Assembly: GCA_963616135.1 (NCBI GenBank)
Contig: CAVEJT010000002.1
Span: 1 to 55,604 of the forward strand
Direction of reading: 5' to 3'
Length of the DNA stretch: 55,604 bases
Origin: Bacteroidaceae bacterium
GTDB taxonomy: Bacteria > Bacillota_I > Bacilli_A > RF39 > UBA660
Numbering within the stretch: position 1 is the first letter of the stretch; every line of letters begins with the position of its first letter. Positions 9,384 to 19,066 of this stretch are shown here, piece after piece. Position numbers and translations under genes: made by a program. The notes under the pieces were generated by a model. The model saw only the letters and a program-made list of their open reading frames with translations, ran no database searches and was not told where the DNA came from.

Positions 9384-10571
9384 ATGAGATGTGTAGGTAC
9401 TGTTGTTAGAGGTATAAGAACACCTATAATAAAAGAACATGATGATTTAGCTAATATAGTTGTAGATTCACTTATGAAAGCTAAAGAAAGTGAAGGATTT
9501 GAATTTAGAGATAGGGATGTAGTTGCTATAACTGAGGCAGTTGTTGGAATTAGTGAAGGTAATTATGTTACTGTCGATGATGTTGCTTTGGACGTACAAA
9601 ATAAGTTTCCAAGTAAAAATATTGGGGTTGTATTTCCAATATTAAGTCGTAATAGATTTTCTATTATTTTAAAAGGTATAGCTCGTGGTATGGATAAAAT
9701 TACTATGTTACTTAGTTTTCCATCAGATGAAGTTGGAAATGGAATTTTAGATGAAGATTTATTAGATAAAAGTAAGTATAATTTATCAAGTGTTATAACA
9801 GAAGATGAATATAAAGAAACTTTTGGTTCTTGGATACATCCATTTACTGGTATTAATATGGTGGATTTTTATAGAGAACTAATTGAAAGTGAGAATTGTA
9901 AAGTAGAGTTTGTGTTTGCTAATGATCCAAAAGAAATACTAAACTATACACAAGATGTACTTAACTGTGATATTCATACAAGATTACGTACAAAAAAAAT
10001 ATTAGAAAACTCTGGAGCTCATACTGTTTATGGACTTTATGAGGTTATGAATAAGTCTATTAATGGTAGTGGATTTAATCCAGATTATGGACTTTTAGGT
10101 TCTAATAAATCAACTGAAGAAAGATTAAAGTTATTTCCAAAAACAGGTGATAAGTTAGTTTTAGATATTCAATCTAAATTAAAAGATTTAACTGGTAAAA
10201 ATATAGAAGTAATGGTATATGGTGATGGAGCATTCAAAGATCCTGTTGGACATATTTGGGAACTTGCTGATCCAGTAGTTTCACCTGCGCACACTAACGG
10301 TTTAAATGGGACTCCTAATGAAATAAAACTTAAATATGTATCGGATAATAAATTTGCTAATTTAAAAGGTGAAGAATTAAAAAATGCTATTAAAGAAGAA
10401 ATAAGAAATAAAGATAAGAATTTAAAAGGTCAAATGATTACTCAAGGAACTACTCCAAGAAGAATAACTGACTTAATAGGTTCACTTTGTGATTTAACTA
10501 GTGGTAGTGGAGATAAAGGTACACCTGTTGTATTTATTCAAGGATATTTTGATAATTTGGCAGATGAATAG
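9384..10571 (+). CDS. CofE-like (F420-0:gamma-glutamyl ligase family) protein, function unknown in Firmicutes
   Basis: The N-terminus MRCVGTVVRGIRTPIIKEHDDL and DRDVVAITEAVV resemble the CofE-like family as I remember it. Start set at the ATG at 9384, after AGGAGGG. Confidence 0.5.
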   Translation: MRCVGTVVRGIRTPIIKEHDDLANIVVDSLMKAKESEGFEFRDRDVVAITEAVVGISEGNYVTVDDVALDVQNKFPSKNIGVVFPILSRNRFSIILKGIARGMDKITMLLSFPSDEVGNGILDEDLLDKSKYNLSSVITEDEYKETFGSWIHPFTGINMVDFYRELIESENCKVEFVFANDPKEILNYTQDVLNCDIHTRLRTKKILENSGAHTVYGLYEVMNKSINGSGFNPDYGLLGSNKSTEERLKLFPKTGDKLVLDIQSKLKDLTGKNIEVMVYGDGAFKDPVGHIWELADPVVSPAHTNGLNGTPNEIKLKYVSDNKFANLKGEELKNAIKEEIRNKDKNLKGQMITQGTTPRRITDLIGSLCDLTSGSGDKGTPVVFIQGYFDNLADE

Positions 10572-10658
10572 ATAAGTATAAATTTAAAGAATTTATACTA
10601 TGAGAATAAAAGAGTTAAACTCTTTTATTTTTATGTTATAATATTTATTGGTGATAAA

Positions 10659-12872
10659 ATGCAAGATTATGTAAAAGGAATATTTAGACAAATTATATTT
10701 AAAAGTGATAAAGGATATATAATAGGTCTTTTAAAAGTTACTGAAACAAATATTGTAGAGATGCAAGATTATATAAATAGATCTATTACTTTTACAGGTT
10801 ATTTTGCAGATTTAAATATAAATGAAAAATATATTATGTATGGTGAGATTGTAAATCATCCTAAATATGGATTTCAATACAATGTTACTAGTAGTGAGAG
10901 AATTAAACCAGATGATAAAGATGGTATTATAGAATTTTTATCTAGTGATCTTTTTAAAGGTATTGGAGAAAAAATGGCAACTAGAATAGTAAATATTTTA
11001 GGTGATAAAACACTTGATATGATTTTAGAAGATAAAACTTGTCTTTATCAAGTGCCAAAATTATCTGAAGAAAAAATAAATATAATTCATGATACATTAG
11101 TAAAATATGAAGAATCACATGAAATAATTGTAAAATTAACTGAATTAGGTTTTTCTATGAGAGATTCACTTTCTATTTACAATATGTATAAGAGTAATAC
11201 AATTAGAATAATTGAGAATAATATATATAGAATAATAGATGATGTAGATGAAATCAATTTTACTAAAGTAGATGAAATAGCAACCAAAATAAATGAAGAT
11301 AATTATAATATAAATAGAGTAAAAGCATGTATTATTTATGTTATGAAAAATATAAGTTTTTCAAAAGGTGACACATATTTATATCTAAATGAAATATATG
11401 AAGGAGTTTCATATTATTTAAAAACAGATATATCTAGTGATCTTTTTGATGAGGCTATAAATGAGTTAGATGGTGAATTAAAAATAAAAATAGAAGAAGA
11501 TAGATACTATATTTTTGATGAATATGAATCTGAAGAATATATAGCTTCTAAAGTTAATTATTTGATAAATAAACCTGTTAGTAAATATAAAAATTTAGAT
11601 TTAAGGATAAAAGAGTTAGAAGATAAATATGAAATTAAGTATAGTCCTAGGCAAGAAGAGGCTATAATAAAAGCTTTAGAAAACAATATAGTAATTGTAA
11701 CAGGAGGTCCTGGTACAGGAAAAACTACTATAATAAAAGCTATAGTTGATTTGTATAAGAAATTAAATAAATTAGAACTCAAAGAATTAATAAATTCAAT
11801 CGCACTTTTAGCGCCCACAGGAAGAGCAAGTAAACGTATGAGTGAATCTACTAATTTACCAGCTACTACAATTCATAGATTTTTAAAATGGAATAAAGAA
11901 ACAGATGAGTTTATGGTTAATGAATATAACCCAGATTTTTCTAATTTAATAATAGTAGATGAAGTTAGTATGATAGATAATCATTTAATGAGTAGTTTAC
12001 TTAAAGGACTTACAAATAATATTAAGTTAGTATTAGTAGGAGATTATAATCAATTGCCTAGTGTTGGTAGTGGAAATGTTTTAAAAGATTTAATAGATAG
12101 TGATATTATTGATGTAGTTGAACTTGATTTATTATATAGACAAGATGAGTCTAGTTATATACCTGTACTTGCTAATGAAATAAAAAATGAAACTTTAGAA
12201 GATGATTTTTTAATAGATCGAGATGATTATAAATTTTTAGAATGTTCAAGTGATGCTATTGTTCCAAGTTTAGTAAATATAGTAAAAAAAGTAATAAGTA
12301 AAGGCTATGATTATAAAAGAGTACAAATAATGGCTCCAATGTATGCTGGTGTAAATGGAATAGATAATATAAATAAAGTTTTACAAGATGTATTTAATCC
12401 ATCTTGTGTAGGATGTAAAGAAATAAAGTATGGAGATGTTATTTTTAGAGAAAATGATAAGATACTACAACTTGTTAATGACCCAGATAATAATGTATTT
12501 AATGGTGATATAGGTGTAATAAAAGATATAAATTATAAAGGAAAGAGTGGACATCCTGAGATTACAATAGATTATTATGGAACTATTGTTACATATCAAG
12601 CAAAAGATTTTAATAAATTTAAACATGGATTTATTATAAGTATACATAAAAGTCAAGGTAGTGAATTTGAACTTGTAATAATGCCAATTTGTTTATCGTA
12701 TAAAAGAATGCTTTATAAAAAATTAATTTATACAGGAATAACACGTGCTAAAAAAAGATTAATAATAATAGGAGATCCTAATGCATTTATGTTTGGCATT
12801 AAGAAAACTATAGAATATTCTAGAAAAACTAATTTATTAGAAAAATTAACTAATAAATTGTATAATAAATAA
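10659..12872 (+). CDS. recD2: ATP-dependent RecD-like DNA helicase (RecD2, SF1B)
   Basis: Walker A GGPGTGKTT, DEVSM, LVGDYNQLPSVG, SIHKSQGSE, and an N-terminal HhH region. Confidence 0.9.
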   Translation: MQDYVKGIFRQIIFKSDKGYIIGLLKVTETNIVEMQDYINRSITFTGYFADLNINEKYIMYGEIVNHPKYGFQYNVTSSERIKPDDKDGIIEFLSSDLFKGIGEKMATRIVNILGDKTLDMILEDKTCLYQVPKLSEEKINIIHDTLVKYEESHEIIVKLTELGFSMRDSLSIYNMYKSNTIRIIENNIYRIIDDVDEINFTKVDEIATKINEDNYNINRVKACIIYVMKNISFSKGDTYLYLNEIYEGVSYYLKTDISSDLFDEAINELDGELKIKIEEDRYYIFDEYESEEYIASKVNYLINKPVSKYKNLDLRIKELEDKYEIKYSPRQEEAIIKALENNIVIVTGGPGTGKTTIIKAIVDLYKKLNKLELKELINSIALLAPTGRASKRMSESTNLPATTIHRFLKWNKETDEFMVNEYNPDFSNLIIVDEVSMIDNHLMSSLLKGLTNNIKLVLVGDYNQLPSVGSGNVLKDLIDSDIIDVVELDLLYRQDESSYIPVLANEIKNETLEDDFLIDRDDYKFLECSSDAIVPSLVNIVKKVISKGYDYKRVQIMAPMYAGVNGIDNINKVLQDVFNPSCVGCKEIKYGDVIFRENDKILQLVNDPDNNVFNGDIGVIKDINYKGKSGHPEITIDYYGTIVTYQAKDFNKFKHGFIISIHKSQGSEFELVIMPICLSYKRMLYKKLIYTGITRAKKRLIIIGDPNAFMFGIKKTIEYSRKTNLLEKLTNKLYNK

Positions 12873-12941
12873 AAAACTAGAGATAATAAAAATGTATATA
12901 ATTTATTTATATACAAGTCATATTTCTAGTGAGGTGAAATT

Positions 12942-13094
12942 ATGAAAATAGTAAAATCGATGGCTTTAATAGCTGTTGGTGCTGGAGCCGTGCTAGCTTA
13001 CCAAAAATATAGTGAGCCAGTAATGGAAAAATTAGAGGATATAGCCGATAGTGCTATGAAAAAAGCAAGTAAAAAACTAGAAGATATGGGTTAA
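12942..13094 (+). CDS. small (50 aa) membrane-anchored hypothetical protein
   Basis: Not in the ORF track (too short). GAGGTGA RBS 5 nt upstream, a TM-like ALIAVGAGAVLAY followed by a charged helix, and a strong terminator directly after. Confidence 0.5.
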   Translation: MKIVKSMALIAVGAGAVLAYQKYSEPVMEKLEDIADSAMKKASKKLEDMG

Positions 13095-13097
13095 TAA

Positions 13098-13121
13098 AAA
13101 GGAAACTTTAGTTTCCTTTTT
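13098..13121. terminator. bidirectional intrinsic terminator
   Basis: aaaggaaac-ttta-gtttccttt perfect 9-bp stem with flanking A and T runs. Confidence 0.75.
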
Positions 13122-13824
13122 ATGTTAACATAAATAGAATAAAAGAAAGTAATAACATAATACCGTTATGTATAAAGTGAATACTCATTGATACACATAT
13201 ATTTTTAGATTTACAATAGATATAAGCAAATATAAATCCTGGGATACTATAAGGTATTATAAATAATAAATCAATAGGAGCATTAAAACTTCCTAATACA
13301 TGTAAAGACCCAAAAACAAGTCCTGAGATAATTATAAAAAGTATATCATTTTTATAAAATATCTTTCTAAAAGATAATCTAAATACTAATTCTTCTAGAA
13401 CAGGCGCTATAAATACAGTTACTACAAATGTATATATAGGAGCTATTTTTAGATTATCCATAATAGTTTGTTGATTATTTGATGTAAGTGATGTCGTAAA
13501 ATTTGTTATTAAAATATTAGCTATCATCATAAGTCCTAACATCATAAACCAGTATTTTATATATTCTTTAAAATATTTAGTATTATTTTTTATAAAATCT
13601 TTTAAATTAGGAATAAAATCTTTTTTGTATATATATACTATTATTAAAGTTAAAATAAGTTCATAAAAACCTAAATAAATACTTTTAACAGTAATACTTA
13701 ATTTATTATAATCAACACCAAATAAATTTAAAACATTAATATATATAGAAGAACCTATAAAATATAATAGAATTACTCCAATACCAGTCAAAATGCTTTT
13801 TATATTAATACGTTTTTTTTCCAT
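13120..13824 (-). CDS. CPBP family intramembrane glutamic endopeptidase
   Basis: Polytopic, with an EELVFR motif, FGSLH and a C-terminal HFIHN, as in the CAAX/Abi protease family. Confidence 0.85.
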   Translation of the reverse strand: MEKKRINIKSILTGIGVILLYFIGSSIYINVLNLFGVDYNKLSITVKSIYLGFYELILTLIIVYIYKKDFIPNLKDFIKNNTKYFKEYIKYWFMMLGLMMIANILITNFTTSLTSNNQQTIMDNLKIAPIYTFVVTVFIAPVLEELVFRLSFRKIFYKNDILFIIISGLVFGSLHVLGSFNAPIDLLFIIPYSIPGFIFAYIYCKSKNICVSMSIHFIHNGIMLLLSFILFMLT

Positions 13825-13893
13825 ATATCCTCCATATCTATTATATATTATACCAAAATTTAATAAAAAAATCTTTTATTTTTCTATAAAAGA

Positions 13894-13945
13894 TGATATA
13901 ATTAGTATGTTGCAAGCAAGAGTGGGAAAAAACCCACTCTTTAAA
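13894..13945 (+). promoter_or_regulatory. rimP-nusA promoter (TGaTATAAT) plus a leader hairpin that is a candidate NusA-dependent attenuator
   Basis: Extended -10 at 13894-13902. 9-bp stem aagagtggg/cccactctt (13918-13941) followed by an interrupted U tract. Confidence 0.45.
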
Positions 13946-13962
13946 TTAATTTGGAGGTGTTC

Positions 13963-14217
13963 ATGGAAATTGCAGTTAAAGTGAGAAATCTAATAGAAGA
14001 CAAAATAAAAGAAGCGGGTTTTATATTAGATGAGGTATTATATGTAGAAGAGGATAATAATTATTATTTGAGAATTATTATTGATAAGAATGGTGTTATA
14101 GATGTATCAGATTGTGTTACAGTAACTAGGATAGTAGATCCACTATTAGATGAAGTAGATTACATAGAAAATAGTTATATATTAGATGTATGTTCTAAAG
14201 AGAAAGGATGTGAATAA
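13963..14217 (+). CDS. rimP: ribosome maturation factor RimP, N-terminal domain only (84 aa)
   Basis: Sits immediately upstream of nusA. ...YYLRIIIDKNGVIDVSDCVTVTRIVDPLLDEVDYIENSYILDVCS follows the RimP N-domain up to the LEVSSPG position, then stops. GGAGGTG RBS. Confidence 0.65.
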   Translation: MEIAVKVRNLIEDKIKEAGFILDEVLYVEEDNNYYLRIIIDKNGVIDVSDCVTVTRIVDPLLDEVDYIENSYILDVCSKEKGCE

Positions 14218-14218
14218 T

Positions 14219-15403
14219 ATGGATAGTAAAGAATTTAAGAAAACACTAGAAATATTAGAAAAAGAAGGTATAGATAAAGATTATATAATAGAAGCTATGT
14301 CTTTAGCGCTTTTAAGTGCTTACAAAAAACAAACAGGACTTCCAAATGGAAGAGTAGAATATGATGAAGATAATATGCGTTTTAAATTATTTTCATTTAA
14401 AACAGTGGTGCTTGATGAAAAACATAAAGAATCATTAGATGAAGATAATATCCCAATGGCTGATGAAGAAATTCTAACAGAAGAACAATTAGAAGATGAA
14501 GAATTAGAAGATTTACCAGAAGAATTTAGATATAGACCATTTGTATTTAATAATAAAATACATATAACACTTGAGGATGCTAGAAAAATAGATCCTAGTA
14601 TTAAAGTTGGAGATACTATAGAAGAAGAAGTAACTCCAAAGGATTTTGGTAGAGTTGCTGCTGCTACTGCTAAACAAGTTGTAATTCAAAAAGTTCGTGA
14701 GGCAGAAAGAAATAATATAGCTCGTGAATTTGGTGAAAAACAAGATGAAATGATGTCAGGTACAGTAGAAATGGAAGATGAGAATAATTATTATATTAAT
14801 TTAGGAAAAACTCAAGGATTACTTCCAAAAACTGAAATAATACCAGGTGAAAAAATTCAAATGGGTTCAACAATAAAAGTATACATAAGTAAAGTTGATA
14901 TTAATTCAAAAGGTGCTTTAATACTTTTAAGTAGAAAACATTTTGGTTTTGTAAAAAGATTATTTGAACTTGAAATACCAGAAATTAGTGATGGAACAGT
15001 ACTTATTTATAGTATAGCTCGTGAAGCAGGTAACAGAACTAAAATAGCTGTATATTCTGAGATTAGTAATGTAGATCCAATTGGAGCTTGTATAGGAGAA
15101 AGAGGTACAAGAATAGCTAATATATTAAATGAATTAGGTGGAGAAAAAATAGATATTGTAAAATATTCTAAAGATCCTGTAGAATTTATACAAAATGCAC
15201 TTAGTCCTGCAAAAGATTTAAGAGTATTTATATTAGATGAAAAAACTAAAGAAACTATGGTTGTAGTTGATGATAAAAATTTAAGTTTAGCTATAGGTAA
15301 AAAAGGTATAAACGTAAAACTTGCTAGTCGTCTTACACATTATAATTTAGAAATAAAAACAATAGAACAAGTACATGAAGCTGGAATAAATATTTTAGAG
15401 TAG
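14219..15403 (+). CDS. nusA: transcription termination/antitermination factor NusA
   Basis: S1 and KH domains (DPIGACIGERGTRI, LAIGKKGINVKLA). Start set at the ATG at 14219. Confidence 0.95.
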   Translation: MDSKEFKKTLEILEKEGIDKDYIIEAMSLALLSAYKKQTGLPNGRVEYDEDNMRFKLFSFKTVVLDEKHKESLDEDNIPMADEEILTEEQLEDEELEDLPEEFRYRPFVFNNKIHITLEDARKIDPSIKVGDTIEEEVTPKDFGRVAAATAKQVVIQKVREAERNNIAREFGEKQDEMMSGTVEMEDENNYYINLGKTQGLLPKTEIIPGEKIQMGSTIKVYISKVDINSKGALILLSRKHFGFVKRLFELEIPEISDGTVLIYSIAREAGNRTKIAVYSEISNVDPIGACIGERGTRIANILNELGGEKIDIVKYSKDPVEFIQNALSPAKDLRVFILDEKTKETMVVVDDKNLSLAIGKKGINVKLASRLTHYNLEIKTIEQVHEAGINILE

Positions 15404-15410
15404 GTGAGTC

Positions 15411-15671
15411 ATGAAAAAGATACCAATGAGATCATGTGTAGTGACTTTAGAAAAATTACCTAAAAAAGAACTAATAAGAGTTGTTAGAACTCCAGAAGGA
15501 AATGTAATTGTTGATGAGTCAGGAAAAGCAAATGGTAGAGGTGCTTATTTAAAAAAAGATTTAAATACATTTAATATTGCTCAAAAAAATAAAATATTAA
15601 ATAAAAAATTAGAGGTTGAAGTTCCTGATTCTATATATGATGAGTTAAGAAAATTAGTAGGTGAAATATGA
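15411..15671 (+). CDS. ylxR: YlxR family RNA-binding protein (DUF448)
   Basis: PMRSCVVT...LIRVV...GRGAYL motif, in the conserved position after nusA. Confidence 0.9.
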   Translation: MKKIPMRSCVVTLEKLPKKELIRVVRTPEGNVIVDESGKANGRGAYLKKDLNTFNIAQKNKILNKKLEVEVPDSIYDELRKLVGEI

Positions 15672-16147
15672 AAAGAGAAGATTATATAACTTGGGAAGAG
15701 TATTTTATGGGGTTAGCGCTTCTTTCAGCAGAAAGAAGTAAAGATCCAAATTCACAAGTGGGGGCTTGTATAGTAGATGATAATAATAAAATAATTTCAG
15801 TAGGATATAATGGAGCTCCTCGTGGTTATGATGATGATAAGAATATGTCTTGGGAAAGAGAAGGAGATTTCTTAGATACTAAGTATGCATATGTATGTCA
15901 TTCAGAATTAAATGCAATTTTAAATTCAAAAAGTTCAGTTGAAGGATGTAGAATTTATGTGACACTTTTCCCATGTAATGAGTGCGCTAAAGCTATAATT
16001 CAATCAGGAATTAAAGAAATTGTTTATTTAAGCGATAAATATAATGGCACAGAAGGCAATTTAGCATCTAAAAAAATGTTAGATGCTTGTGGAATTCCTT
16101 ATAGAAAATATAATCAAAAAGGAAAAGAATTAGTATTTAAATTATAG
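15668..16147 (+). CDS. dCMP deaminase (eukaryote/T4-like DCTD type)
   Basis: WEEYFMGLALLSAERSKDPNSQVGACIV..., HSELNAI, PCNECAKAIIQSGIKEIVY. The start overlaps the ylxR stop (ATGA). Confidence 0.9.
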   Translation: MKREDYITWEEYFMGLALLSAERSKDPNSQVGACIVDDNNKIISVGYNGAPRGYDDDKNMSWEREGDFLDTKYAYVCHSELNAILNSKSSVEGCRIYVTLFPCNECAKAIIQSGIKEIVYLSDKYNGTEGNLASKKMLDACGIPYRKYNQKGKELVFKL

Positions 16148-16155
16148 GTGAGGTT

Positions 16156-16581
16156 ATGGATAGAGAATATATGGATAAAGCCTATGAACAAGCAAGTAAG
16201 TCTATTTGCTTACGTGCTCATGTAGGAGCTGTGTTTGTTAAAAATAATAAGATAATTGCTCAAGGATATAATAATGTTGTAGGTGGAATAAGGCCATGCT
16301 TAGAACAAGGGTGTTTAAGAGATGAATTAAAAATACCAAGTGGGGAAAGAAGAGAAGTATGCAGAAGTATATGCGCTGAGCAGTTAGCAATCAGTGAGGC
16401 TGCTAGAAATGGTATTGAAATAGATGGAAGTACGGCATACATTACTACATTTCCATGTCACATATGTGCTAAACTTTTAGTAAGCAGTGGCATAAAAGAA
16501 ATAGTTTATGATCAAGATTATCCAGATGCCTTATCAAAAAGATTTTTAGCGGAGGCAGGTACTAAAATAAGAAAATTGTAG
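16156..16581 (+). CDS. ComEB-type cytidine/deoxycytidylate deaminase paralog with a CAE active-site variant
   Basis: CLEQGC structural-Zn-like motif, CAEQLAI in place of HAE, PCHICAKLLVSSGIKEIVY. Confidence 0.7.
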   Translation: MDREYMDKAYEQASKSICLRAHVGAVFVKNNKIIAQGYNNVVGGIRPCLEQGCLRDELKIPSGERREVCRSICAEQLAISEAARNGIEIDGSTAYITTFPCHICAKLLVSSGIKEIVYDQDYPDALSKRFLAEAGTKIRKL

Positions 16582-16596
16582 AAAGAGGTGTAAATT

Positions 16597-18693
16597 ATGA
16601 TGAGTGTATTAGAATACGCACAAGATGTAAACAAAACCTTAAAAGAAATATTAGATTTATGTAAAAAATTAAATATATCAGTTTCAAATGAAGATGATAT
16701 GTTAGATGAAGAAGCTATTACAGAACTTGATGGAGTTATTTCTTCTTTAGAAGAAGAAATGGATTTAGAATATGAAGAAGAATTAATAGAAAAAGAAAAT
16801 AAAAAACAAGAAAATATATCAAGTGGACCAAAGCAAAAGAAACAAAATCAAGCAATAAATAAAGCTAAAATTAATAAAAAAGAATTAGCTAAAAAGAAAA
16901 AAGAAATGTATAAAAACAAAGAAAAACTTATAAGTAACGGACCAGTACAAAATTCAAATGTAGTAACTTATAAGGAAGGTATGACTATTGGAGATTTAGC
17001 AAAAGAGTTAAATGTTTCATCAGGAGAACTTGTAAAAAAATTATTTATGTTAGGTATACTTGCTACTGTAAATAATAAAGTTGATTTTGATAATGCAGAA
17101 TTGTTAGTATCAGAATATGGTAAAGAATTACAGAAAGAACAAATAATAGATGAAACTAAATTTGAAGAATTTGATATTCAAGATAATGAAGAAGATTTAG
17201 TTAAAAGACCTCCAGTAGTTACTATTATGGGACATGTTGATCATGGTAAAACTACTTTATTAGATACAATCAGAAAAACAAGTGTTGCAGAAGGAGAAGC
17301 TGGAGGTATTACACAGGCTATAAGTGCTTATCAAGTTAAAGTAAAAGGTGAATATATAACATTTATAGATACACCAGGACATGCAGCCTTTACAGAAATG
17401 AGAGCACGTGGAGCTTCTATTACTGATATAGTTATTATAATAGTAGCTGCAGATGATGGAGTTATGCCACAAACAAAAGAAGCAATAGACCATGCAAAAG
17501 CAGCAGGCGTTCCAATTATTGTAGCTATAAATAAAATAGATAAATCTGGAGCTAATGTAGAACGTGTAATGAGTGAACTTGCTGAATATGATCTTACTCC
17601 AGATACTTGGGGTGGAGATACAATATATTCACAAATAAGTGCTAAAAATGGAACAGGAATAGAAGAATTATTAGACAATATATTATTGGTATCAGAAATG
17701 GAAGGATATAAAGCAAATCCATCTCGTTATGCAAGTGGTAGTGTAGTTGAATCTAGACTTGATAAACAAGTAGGTCCTATAGTTACAATACTTGTACAAA
17801 ATGGTACATTAAGACTTGGAGATCCTATAGTAGTAGGTACAAGTTATGGTAAAGTAAGAACACTTAAAAATGATAAAGGTGAGGAAATTACAGAAGCTTA
17901 TCCAAGTCAGCCAGTAGAAATTACAGGACTTAATAATACACCAAGTGCTGGAGATAAATTTATGGCCTTTGAAACAGAAAAACAAGCTAGAAGTATAGGA
18001 GAAGCTAGAAAAGAAGAAGAACACTTAAAACATAATGCAAAAAGTGCAGTATCCTTAGAAGATATATTTGCTAAAATACAAGAAGGTGTAAAAGAAATTA
18101 ACGTAATTGTAAAGGCAGATGTAAATGGATCTAGTGAAGCTGTAAAAAATTCTTTAGAAAAAATTGAGGTAGAAGGTGTTAAAGTAAAAGTACTTAGAAG
18201 TAGCGTAGGAGCTATTACCGAAAGTGATATAGTACTTGCTAATGCATCTAATGCTATAATAATTGGATTTAATATAAGACCAAATAATACTATAAAAGAT
18301 TATGCAAAAGAAAAAGGCGTAGAAATTAGACTTTACGATATAATTTATAAAGCGGTAGAAGACATGGAAGCAGCAATGAAAGGTATGTTAGATCCAGAAT
18401 ATGAAGAAAAAGTAATTGGTAGTGCGGAAGTAAGACAATTATTTAAATTTTCTAAAGTAGGAACAATAGCAGGTAGTTATGTCTTAGATGGGGTAATTAA
18501 ATCAAATTCAAAAGTACGTATAATAAGAGATAGTGTTGTTATATATGATGGTGAAATTAATTCTATTCAAAGAGAAAAAGATAGTGCAAAAGAAGTTAAA
18601 AAAGGCTTAGAATGTGGTATAACAATCAATAACTTTAATGATATTAAAGTAGGAGATGTTATAGAGGCCTATGAAATGGTAGAGAAAAAATAA
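16597..18693 (+). CDS. infB: translation initiation factor IF-2
   Basis: GHVDHGKTTLLD, DTPGH, NKID GTPase motifs and a K/E-rich N-terminal region. Confidence 0.97.
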   Translation: MMSVLEYAQDVNKTLKEILDLCKKLNISVSNEDDMLDEEAITELDGVISSLEEEMDLEYEEELIEKENKKQENISSGPKQKKQNQAINKAKINKKELAKKKKEMYKNKEKLISNGPVQNSNVVTYKEGMTIGDLAKELNVSSGELVKKLFMLGILATVNNKVDFDNAELLVSEYGKELQKEQIIDETKFEEFDIQDNEEDLVKRPPVVTIMGHVDHGKTTLLDTIRKTSVAEGEAGGITQAISAYQVKVKGEYITFIDTPGHAAFTEMRARGASITDIVIIIVAADDGVMPQTKEAIDHAKAAGVPIIVAINKIDKSGANVERVMSELAEYDLTPDTWGGDTIYSQISAKNGTGIEELLDNILLVSEMEGYKANPSRYASGSVVESRLDKQVGPIVTILVQNGTLRLGDPIVVGTSYGKVRTLKNDKGEEITEAYPSQPVEITGLNNTPSAGDKFMAFETEKQARSIGEARKEEEHLKHNAKSAVSLEDIFAKIQEGVKEINVIVKADVNGSSEAVKNSLEKIEVEGVKVKVLRSSVGAITESDIVLANASNAIIIGFNIRPNNTIKDYAKEKGVEIRLYDIIYKAVEDMEAAMKGMLDPEYEEKVIGSAEVRQLFKFSKVGTIAGSYVLDGVIKSNSKVRIIRDSVVIYDGEINSIQREKDSAKEVKKGLECGITINNFNDIKVGDVIEAYEMVEKK

Positions 18694-19028
18694 TGTCAGT
18701 AAAGAATGAAAGAATAAATAGTAATATTTTAAAAGAGTTGAGTTATATAATAGCAAACGAAGTAAAAAATCCTAATATAAAATTTGTAACAATAACAGCT
18801 GTTGATGTTACAAGTGATTTGAGTTATGCTAAGATATATTTCACAACATTAGATGATAAAATAGAGACATTAAGGGCTCTTAAGAGTGCAAAAGGTTATA
18901 TAAGAAAAGCACTTGCTGACAGAGTAGAATTAAGACATATTCCTGAATTAGAATTTATTTATGATGAATCTATAGAATATGGAAAACATATAGAAGATAA
19001 AATAAAAGAAATACATGAAAAAAAATAA
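18693..19028 (+). CDS. rbfA: ribosome-binding factor A
   Basis: Follows infB. ITAVDVTSDLSYAKIYF...LRHIPELEF motifs. Confidence 0.95.
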   Translation: MSVKNERINSNILKELSYIIANEVKNPNIKFVTITAVDVTSDLSYAKIYFTTLDDKIETLRALKSAKGYIRKALADRVELRHIPELEFIYDESIEYGKHIEDKIKEIHEKK

Positions 19029-19029
19029 A

Positions 19030-19066
19030 AAGAATCACACTTCATTGCTGAGTGTGATTCTTTTTC
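19030..19066. terminator. bidirectional intrinsic terminator
   Basis: Perfect 12-bp stem aagaatcacact/agtgtgattctt plus a T-run. Confidence 0.8.

Noticed and set aside
13793-13984. ORF 13793..13984 (+) spanning the CPBP start and the rimP leader
   Set aside because: It overlaps the CPBP gene start in antisense and also overlaps the promoter and leader hairpin. It has no RBS and low-complexity content.
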